From positions 30,302,229 through 30,366,228 of the forward strand of contig CM055977.1 in assembly GCA_029531755.1 (NCBI GenBank): a DNA stretch of 64,000 nucleotides, given 5' to 3'. The notes under the pieces were generated by a model. It worked only from the letters and a program-made list of their open reading frames with translations. It was not told the origin of the DNA and searched no databases. The translations under genes were made by a program, and so were the position numbers. Origin of the DNA: Holothuria leucospilota. Its lineage: Eukaryota. This document shows positions 51,775 to 61,180 of the stretch, in pieces; position 1 is the first letter of the stretch, and each line of letters begins with the position of its first letter.

Positions 51775-52068
51775 CTATAATTCAGGCCTTGAAGGGGCAG
51801 TTGTTTAACAACGCTAAGTGACCACGGATGTGGGAGAAGCCTATGGCTTATGAATTACAACTTCACGTCGGGTGGCTAACCAACTTAACGATTTAGGTCA
51901 AATCTGGTTACTTTTGAAAGGCCAGTTCAGATGAGAAAACCATGGATTGCTCTTGGATGAAAACCCAGTTTACTTTGGCCCAGCAGAGGATCGAACCCTG
52001 AACCTCCCGGTTGCTAAGCTTCGTCACTTCAATGCCACTGCCTTCATCCACTCAGCCACAGCACTGGT
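51775..52068 (-). mobile_element. tRNA-derived SINE copy (in BUB3 intron 2)
   Basis: The head CCAGTGCTGTGGCTGAGTGG...GGTTCAGGGTTCGATCC carries box A-like and box B-like (GGTTCGATCC) pol III promoter motifs. It is about 80% identical over ~295 bp to the copy at 54354-54651, in the opposite orientation. Confidence 0.7.
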
Positions 52069-54353
52069 TTGTGGTAAATACATCATGGTTGTGGCTATTA
52101 GTACTGGCTAATATCCTGTGTATTTAAGTAATCTATCAGTTTGCCTGAAGCAGTGTTCGCACTAAGGAACTGAAACTGGGACGGAATTCCCTCTCTAAAT
52201 TTTTTTTTGGGCAGGATTTTCAAAATTAAGGCGGGACCTCATGATTTTCAAAATCAAGGCGGGACCTCATCCCTCCCCTAAATTTTTTTGAGCAGGATTT
52301 CCATCGCCATCGCAAAACTACTCCCCATGCTAGCGGTACCACTTGCTGTTAACAGCAGTTAATGCGTGTCACTAGTGCTTCTCTCCAAGTTCAAAGCCTC
52401 CCCACACCCCTCCTCCGATACCTCAGGCTCCAATTCGTCACTTGGTGTTTTCCTTCTGAAGAATGAGTAAGTATAAATCCGTGAACTTGAAGTTGAAGTG
52501 GAAAATATGAATGAACTTCATTGGAGATACACATATGATCAGATATTAACGAGAGCAATGTACGACGTAATAATGAAGAAAGTACATACTGTACATATTC
52601 AATACAACACATGTGAGACTCCACAGTGCACTAGTCTACAGGTGTGTAACCAAACATACTGTACACGATACAACATTGCATTTGCAACCCTGGGACTGTG
52701 ATTGAATTTCAGTCCAATCAGATTCGCTATTATGTAAATACAACCAGCAGACGGTATATAAAAGCTCCACTGTGAATGGCTAGATTACAATGATATATGT
52801 TGCTGCCATAATCAGTGTTCAGCTTGGGAGTTGACATCCGCTTGCTTGGTAACGATTCTATATTGCAATTTATTGTGCCTAGCATAATTGCAATTCCTCA
52901 GTACAATTACAGCTGCGAAGTGCGCAGGAATTTTGGCTGGATTCAGAACATCAGCTGCCCGTTTAAGATTTATTTAGCGAAGAAGGTGTACGGGATTTTC
53001 CCACATTACATTTAATTATGTGCGGGATTCGAAAGACAAAAGCAGGATTCCTGCAATTCCGTGCCTTAGTGCGAAACTGGCCTGAAGTATGGTTGAAGGA
53101 GGTTTAATAGGGTAAACAATTTGGTATTAACCAGCATAGTGGTACTCTTTGGCATCCACAAAAGTCTGCCAATGATAGTCAAAGATTCCTTCAGACAGCC
53201 CAAAAGATTTATTAATATTAAAGAACTTTATCTTAAGAAAGCCTATTGGTCTTATCTTTCTTTAGAGTGGTGCACTGTGTATAGGCCTCAACACAGTTGT
53301 AACAAACAGTGCCAGGGAGGCGTCAAGTTACACCCATCTCCCTGGTGACAAGTAGTGCTTTGCAATGGTAGTAATGCTTCCCTTCTAATAAATATTAAAT
53401 TGACTTCAATATTTAAATGCCTTGTGGCAATGTAAATTAAGTTTCCATCACTTTTCTAAGGCAAATAAAAGTGTTACTGCATGAGATATGATGTAAGGTA
53501 CCATACCAACCTTATATTTCACGTCTTTGTCACTCAATTTTAGGCTCAGTACCACATAACAGAAATTTTCCATTGTGAAAGTTAAGCACATCTCTCTTTT
53601 CACTCACTATTTGCATGACATTTGAAAAGTATGAGAGAACACAATTTAGACAGTTTGCAACCAGGCATAGCCTTTCCTGCTACACTTGGCCTGCAAAACA
53701 TCATAAATGTAAAGCGCAGGTCACACTAGAGTGATTTCAGTTCGATTTTCGTTGGTTTTGGTTAAAATCTTCTCCATCTCTGGTCGGAAAAAGCAAAAAT
53801 TTGCCAACCTGTGTAAATATGTGATTTGCATCAGAGGACTATGAAAATGAAATGTAAACTTATTATTTCATGACGTCACATTGGCAGACAGCTTTTATCG
53901 GGCATGCGTGCAAAAATTGGATTGATATTTTGAATAAATGCCGCTCTGTTGAGCGGTATAAGTTATGGTAGCAGAACAGTATATCGTGAGACAAACTAGG
54001 ATCAGTTATCAATATAGCGTGACCATCCTTACAACAAAGTTTGAATAAAAAGCTATTGGTTCGATTTTGAAAAATTTGGATTGGATTTTGGACTGAAAAT
54101 CACCGTAGTGTGACCAGCCCTTAACCCTTCAGAATGAAAAAGTAAGACTTTTGTGTTCGACAGAACTCACAGAAAATTCAACAAGAGTCGCAGCCCACAG
54201 GCAAGTGGATTTGCTAAGTACAGTATTTACTTAAACCAGAGTTACAACTTTAAAATAAAGTTGGGTGACCCACTCCAGCCTGACACGTGCATTGACTAAT
54301 AAAACCTTGATCAACACTGTTACACTATCTGTAAGACCTGCATATCACACAGA

Positions 54354-54651
54354 CCAGTGCTGTGGCTGAGTGGATAAAGAGGGAAGCATTTGAAGTGATG
54401 AAGCTTAGCAACCAGGAGGTTTGAGGTCAATCTCCACTCCCCATGTGGGTCAAAGTAAAGTGAATTTTTTCATCCAAGAGATTTCTACTGTTTTCTCATC
54501 TGAACTGGCCTTTCAAAAGATACCAAATTTGACTAAATTGTTGAGATGGTTAGCTACCTGACATGAAGTTGTAGTTTATAAGCTACAGGCTTCTTCCAAA
54601 TTTGTGGTTACTTAGTGTCGTAAAACAACTGAGCTTCAAGGCCTGAATTAC
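54354..54651 (+). mobile_element. tRNA-derived SINE copy (in BUB3 intron 2, inverted relative to the first copy)
   Basis: Aligns end to end with the reverse complement of 51775-52068. Shared blocks include TTTTCTCATCTGAACTGGCCTTTCAAAAG and CTTCAAGGCCTGAATTA. Confidence 0.7.
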
Positions 54652-55355
54652 ATTCTGATGCATCAAAGTCACAAAAATTGAATCAAAACTAGTGTTCACA
54701 CTGAAGTGTGGGATTGCAAGATTCCTGCTACTGAATAGGATTATCCCACACAGAAAACAGTTGTCTGTGGGGAATTCCCACACATCTTTAGCTGCCTCAA
54801 CCAGCCACCTATACAAAAGAAACACCTTAAATGGAAGAAATCCCATAGAACTTCAGAAAATCCTGCACTAAAATATCTCAAATGTGCAAATTCTCTTAAT
54901 GATTCCAGTTGCTCACAGGAACACTGATCAAAGATGTGATGTGCTTCTTACATTTCAGGGAAAACATCTCTTCAAGCCAAATGTATACACCTACTACAGC
55001 ACTATACTAGAAAGGCAACATGTCAAAGTAGTACAGCTGAAGGTGCTTCAGCAAAACTGCAGCTACCTCAGCAAAGCTGCAGCTGACACTCCAAATTCAA
55101 GCTGCTACAGCAAAGCTACAGCTGCTTCAGCAAAGCTGTTGGGGCAGCAGTCATGATTTGTTGGTTTATAACAAATGTAACATTACTATGATAAATTTAA
55201 AGTTCTATTAGTAACAAGTATGGCAACAAAGCATGGCAGCTGCAGCTTTGCTGAGGCAGCTGCATCTTCAAAAGTTTTGACATGGTGTCTAATACCAGTT
55301 TAACACTGTGCCAGTGTTATTGACAAGGCCTACCAAATCTACAGACATACTGTAC

Positions 55356-55425
55356 CTGCATTTTTGTTGATGTCATACATTTTGAGTGTGTTGTCCAGTC
55401 CCCCACTAAATACATGTGTTTGATC
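55356..55425 (-). CDS. BUB3: BUB3 coding exon 2 (70 nt; acceptor cacag|GAT; ends in phase 1 with G|gtacag donor)
   Basis: Encodes DQTHVFSGGLDNTLKMYDINKNA plus one G. The matching vertebrate BUB3 segment is DPTHAWSGGLDHQLKMHDLNTDQ. The phase joins correctly to exon 3. Confidence 0.88.
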
Positions 55426-55820
55426 CTGTGTAAGAGAAAAATCCAGAAGGCAATAGTTAAAATTTGAAAAAAACTTACAGTCACTGTTAACACAATTAAG
55501 CTTAATTTGACTTGATGGCAAGTAGAGATATCGAAATCCAGGGCTTGAAATAAGCTGGAAAAAGGGCATGGCCAAAATGAGCAAAATGGCCGTCAGTCTA
55601 TGTTATTTCAATGGACATTTACTGAGGGGCATCACGGCCATCAGAAAGGGCCCGACAGCCATGGCCGTCGGTGCCACTGGTTATTTCGAGTCCTGGAAAT
55701 TCAATTTTGCTTCTTACTGTAATATTATGTACTCACTAATTACTTTTAAACAATTTAACTGGTGCAAAATGGCAATGCCAAGTTTAAAGTTTTCTTACTT
55801 TTTTAATACAAAATACTTAC

Positions 55821-56018
55821 ATGAAAACAGCAATCAAGTACAGCCCTGTCATGTTTGTATTTGGCTCTCATGGTATTTGCCTGGACATCATATAACCTCA
55901 CAGTTTCATCCCAGGAGGAGACTAGAAGGAACTGAGAACTGTTGGGACCAAACTTAACAGCAGAGATGCCATCCTCTGGGCAGTCATTCAGCTTGAATTC
56001 ACTGGTTGCATCTGGCAT
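55821..56018 (-). CDS. BUB3: BUB3 coding exon 1 (ATG at 56018-56016; 66 codons, phase 0; donor CAT|GTAAGT)
   Basis: Translation is MPDATSEFKLNDCPEDGISAVKFGPNSSQFLLVSSWDETVRLYDVQANTMRAKYKHDRAVLDCCFH. It matches the N-terminus of metazoan BUB3 (FKLN.PPEDGIS.VKF.PN.SQFLLVSSWD..VRLYDV.AN.MR.KY.H..AVLDC.F). A consensus GTAAGT donor lies immediately after the CAT codon. Confidence 0.88.
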
Positions 56019-57452
56019 TGTGATTTATAGAACCTGTTGAATGGACCAAACAAAGAATGTTCTTGAAATTTTATTTAACTTTGTTCCTTCACACTACCAC
56101 AAACTCTGCCCTTCAGTTTCAATAACAGTGACAGGAAAAGTACCCAATTAAGAGAATGTGTGCTAACCAAAAAAGAGAGAAGGCAGAAACGTAAAGACAT
56201 TTAACAAACCAAACAAATATGGCTGAATACTTTCCTCTGATTAGACATCTGTTTGTAGTGATATACCTCAGTATCAGGGTTGTAGCTAGACTAGTTTTAG
56301 TGGTGGGCTCAAAGTAGAGTCCAATCAGAATGTACCTAGTGAAACATGTAATTGTTGAAAAGAGTGGGGTATATTCTTGATTAATGAACCAGTACTATGT
56401 CAACAAAAGTGGGAAAATAAAACAAATGGTTGATTTTTATAACTTTCTTCAAAACCAGTTGAAGCCATCATGGTTCTACAGTTAGAAGTAAAGTTAGTAA
56501 TGGGTTGTGTCGGGCTTCATGACCATTAGTCTGGGCACTAAAGAACATTATTGGGTAGCACTGCCCAATGCTGCCCACTGTACTGTACATAACCCTGCTC
56601 CAGAGAGTGAGTTTGAAGAACCTGTACTTCTTCTATGTTATGTTAAAGGTATGGATATGTAAACAAAACAGCTGTTTTCCTTAACAATGATAGATTAAGA
56701 TTCCCTGATGAACTATCCCAGGGTTCCTGCACCTTAAGACATACAGTATTTCAAAATAATTGAACCAATCTGTTCCCACAATGGAGTAAAAATAAAACTT
56801 TCCAATAATGCTTAAAGCTCCCTTGGTTTGATGCATCAGGCTCCAAGTTTCAATAAAAGAATAAAAAGGACATAACAACCTTGTGCATTTCCTTTGTTCA
56901 AAGGAAATTTAACTGGGGTGGTGTTAGGTTCCCATTACAGTGCTGTCAACAGTAACATTAGCAACATTAACACAGGGTTTCAAACATGAGACACACCCTA
57001 GTATGCATAGGAAACAAATTTGTATTTTCATTTGCCTTACACATTCAGCAGGAGTAAGATTTCTGAGAAATAAGATATAAATATGATGTGTTCAATAATG
57101 TTCTGGATAAAAAATTTTGGAAAAGTGTGTGCTAATGTTACTATGTTGCAGACGTTATGTATTCTTGACAGCAAACTATACCCAGTCAGGTGAGGTGACA
57201 GATTATGGATATTTGCCACCCTTACTAGTTTGTTACCTTCAGACAGGGAGATGCTATAAATTGACCATGAAAGGGCACGCATACATTTAGTATTTTTCAA
57301 GTGGAATGCATTTATTGTGTGCTAATTCAGGCTTCGACAAATCCGCCGCCCGACAGTCCAGGACAAGTAAAAACTTACTTGGGCAAGTGCATTGTTCAAT
57401 ATCATAGCCCACCAGGCAAGTACCCTTGCGAAGTCTCCTCCACAATAGAGTT

Positions 57453-57515
57453 CAAAGGCATATTAAAAGTGGACAAGTAGATATTCATGTGGACAAGTAG
57501 ATATTCATGTGGACA
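57453..57515. repeat. 20-bp tandem repeat x3 (GTGGACAAGTAGATATTCAT)
   Basis: Direct reading. Confidence 0.9.
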
Positions 57516-58839
57516 AGTAGACTTAGAGAAAAAAGAATTTGTCAAAGCCTGGCTAATGTTATTGCTAAAAGTTTGACAGCATTGCAAATAGTGACATTAG
57601 CAACATCTTAAGCAGAAAACTAATCATTTTCACAATTAGCTACAAGTGTGATCCTGGTATCACTGAATTGCTAGCATGGTAATTATTCATTCAAGCAGAA
57701 GTCATACAATTCCCTCGGCTTTTGTGGATTCCAGCTGCAGTTTTCATTTTTGTGTGATTTTTGACAGCAAAACATAACATTAGCACCAAAATTCAATTCA
57801 GGACCATAAACTACCCAAAACAGAAGCATAGATGACAGGTTTTTAACTTTTTCAAAGGAAGGGGTCAATGCTATCTGGAATAAATAGTTAACTATACAGA
57901 AGTGTTCATACATAGAGAATTGCTATCATGATTGTAGCCATATTTGGACAGCATTTTCTATGTGAGGAGAATTTGCTGTCAAATTTTAGCGCTTTTCAGT
58001 AATGAAACTTTTTTGTGTATTATATTGCACAAGCCTATGTGCTTCATTTTAATTTTTCTATCTCACAAGCTGGTCTAGATGATAACTGGAGATCAAAAAA
58101 GTTAATAAACATATTTATCTCCACTTTTATTTATCACAAAGGAACAGGTCTATCTTTGGTGTCAGTTAATGTGAAACATGTCTTAAGGAAAATAAAATCC
58201 TACGACTTTTGTATGACTATTTCATGACCAAATTGCAAAAACACCTTTCATCTATTTATGGAAGAACATACAAAAACTGATGGTCCATGCATGCAGGGTC
58301 TGTAGTAGAGACAGAGAAAAGCAGACAAGGCAATGTCAAGTCAGCTTTTCAGATATAGGCTTCGTCACTAACCAATCACAATGCATGCCACGCCACAGAG
58401 CCTTGCATTTGAGTGTTCTACCTCGTTAGTATGTTATGCCTAGCGTATGTACAGTACCTGTATATGGTCAATTCCATCATTACGGACATTACATTTGCAG
58501 GATATTTGCAATGTTTAGCAAACAAACACACCTGCAGTTAAAGCACAATTTTTATTTTTTGCCTATAAAGAATATACACTCAAATGTTTAAGACAGCATG
58601 GCAGGATTAGTTTTATCTTTATTTGCTAATTAGCTAGGGGGTTGATAATGAGCATTTCGGACGTTACATAGTTTGACATGGCTTTTTAAAACTTCTGACA
58701 TATTAGAAAAACTCTGTGAAGTTACTTGTTCATGCTTATATTTTTTCGTCTGCTGAAGTTTGTCTAAGTACACACTTTACTTAGTCTACTAACATAGACA
58801 AAAATATTGTAAAAAGCAATTCCTTGTTAGACTTGCTCC

Positions 58840-59520
58840 TATTGATTGCTGTTACGGACGTGATATTTTAGAAGTTACAAACGTTACATGTAACATCTGA
58901 ATACTGGTTAGGTACGGGGATGTAAACTTAAATCAATCTTATTTCACATTTTTGTTTCACATCATAATCCAACATGAATAAGCTCCAAATATGAACATGA
59001 ATCATTAAAATCAATAAATTTGAGTGAAATTACTGAAGAAATTAAACAATGTTACTGATGTTACAAATTTCTAATGATATTGCATGTAACATCCGTAACA
59101 ATTTTCTCAAATCATAAGTTTACAATTTTTAGCCCAGTTTTAATTATCCAAATTTTACTATTTCTACTTCAGTAGTTGTTCCATCAAAAGTACTTTTAAA
59201 TTTATAGCACATACTGAAAAGTTACTTTTAAATTTATAGCACAACTGAAATCAAACAATACAATTATAGTTTTCTGGTAAAGGACAAAAATGTCATTTTT
59301 GGCTATGGTCAAATATTGTCCAAAATGTAACGTCCGTAACGCTGTAACTCTAGTTTTAATTACCCAAATTTTACTTTTTATGGTTCATGGAACAAGTCAT
59401 CAAAAGTTAGCTTTAAATATGAGGTATCATTAAAACTTTTTCATTCTACTGTATTTTAGGGGAAAAAAATGCTAACAACGTTATGGATGTTACAGGTTTC
59501 ATGGAAATGTAATAGAGTAA
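58840..59520. repeat. diverged tandem repeat, ~245-bp unit, ~2.7 copies
   Basis: The recurring blocks are TAACATCCGTAACAATTTTC, TAACGTCCGTAACGCTGTAAC and GTTACGGACGTGATATTTTAG. TTTTAATTA(T/C)CCAAATTTTACT...CATCAAAAGT(A/T)(C/A)...TTTAAAT(T/A)T..G recurs at ~59120 and ~59350. Confidence 0.65.
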
Positions 59521-61054
59521 ATTCGATAAACCCCATCCTATCAACGAAAAAGAAAAACCAATTTTTTTGTTCTCACCAATGAAGGATCATTCCCAAGAGT
59601 TATTGAAAACACAAAAAAATAATCATAAACCACTCTTAGGTGATACAGTGGGGACTTTACTTTGGGACCCGTTCGATGAAAGAGAGGTAACTAAGAAAAA
59701 CATTCTACCCTCCGAGCACTAATTAACGAGTAATTAACCTTTCTGTAACAGCTAATTGATTTGTTCACCCAAACAATTATGCCTGCAAAACCACTCCTTC
59801 ATCATCCCTGATTTGGAATCCACCGATCAAATCATTTCTCTCACATTACGTCAGACAATAACAAATGCCTTCTACAGCATGTACAAAAAGTTCGGAAAAT
59901 ACGAACTAAGTAGAGTACAGCACTTTAGTGGGAATTATTACTACATTATGTCTGTATTAGTGAACCAGGGAGTTTCTATTTGACAACCTAACGGAACTAC
60001 CCTTACATTACAGTAGGTGGTCTTATCAACTCCCTGGTACACTATACACAAAGTTACAGTTATTCCGTAATTCGAATTGCAGCCCTTGGGCCTTAGCAGG
60101 TTTGATTTACTTTCGAAACAGCCGGATGTAAAAGAGACTGTTGGTGCTTCGACAATGGTACAAAATGAAAATTTTACAAACCTGTGATGCCAGGGATTGC
60201 CACTTATCCACAACAAAAGAAATATGCAGGGCCTACAAGTCTTTCGCAGATAAATTAACACGTTTGTAGTGACTCTCCTGTAACAACTAATAACACAGAC
60301 TCACCAGGGAACCAGGGAGATGACGCTGCGTTTCAATGTGTGAGTTTTAAATTCCAATGTACAGCATGGAGTGGTACAGAAACTGTTGGTAGTTTGTTGT
60401 GAGCAGGGTCATTGGAATTACGGTAAGCAACGTCAACATGTACTGCGTAATGGATGCATATATGTCCTGACATGACGACTTTTCCTAAATGAATATGCAG
60501 CAGTACGAACGTTGCGTAGTGTGGGTGAGGCTTATTGTTCTATAATGAGCCCGTTAGATACAAAAATTGCTGCTTCTTTCTTTCCATATTTCGTGAGATT
60601 AGTGTTGATCTGCTGCAAGTTATTTGTGTTCTATGTTTGGAAAGGGTAAAAGACCACAATGGGATAAAATTAGAGTCACGTCGTGGTATTTTTTCAAATG
60701 CAATAGGCCTAGGCCTATTTCCCTTTAAAGCAAATTTCTGTGAGGTGGTGGCCGAAAACTATGCGGTGGCTGCCTCACAAGTAGAATGCCAGGGGAAACC
60801 CTGAAAATAAAAATCCCTCAAACCATTGATGAACCAGGAGGGCATTTTTCAGGGAGAGGTGGGGTGGCATTCATGTTGTCCCCAGTGAACACCAATATTG
60901 ACCTGGTTCTTACTGTACACACTGTAAGATTAAGACTCATCATGTAGCCAGCAAGGGGTAGGTCTGTCTCCAAAAGGGAACCAAGATCCCTCAGTAATTT
61001 GCACACAAAGCATGGAGTCATGACCCTGACAGGCTCTGAGACTCAGCTGGTCAT

Positions 61055-61180
61055 ATGACCCGGGCGATCGCCCGGGCCCGCCTTGTCGCCCGGCTTGGGA
61101 GCAAAAATACTTCCCAAGGCGGGCATCAAAATGCCCGCCTTAAATTGTGTGGTGGGCAACAAATAGCCCACCTTGAGAAA
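61055..61180. promoter_or_regulatory. CpG-rich patch with three consecutive perfect hairpins (candidate regulatory element, structured RNA or transposon terminus)
   Basis: CCCGGGCGATCGCCCGGG at 61059-61076 is an 18-bp perfect palindrome. AAGGCGGGCAT-CAAA-ATGCCCGCCTT lies at 61116-61141. GGTGGGC-AACAAATA-GCCCACC lies at 61151-61171. The flanks are AT-rich. Confidence 0.3.

Noticed and set aside
51930-52068. A possible genuine tRNA gene (GGTTCGATCC T-loop, GGCTGAGTGG D-loop-like box)
   Set aside because: The tRNA-like segment continues without a terminator into a ~200-bp non-tRNA body that is shared with a second copy at 54354-54651. There is no clean cloverleaf with an anticodon stem that I can fold by eye. 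It is best explained as a tRNA-derived SINE head.
56019-56030. TATAAAT immediately 5' of the BUB3 ATG as a TATA box
   Set aside because: It is only 5 nt from the start codon and so cannot position a TSS that yields a 5' UTR. It is more likely incidental sequence within a 5' UTR exon.
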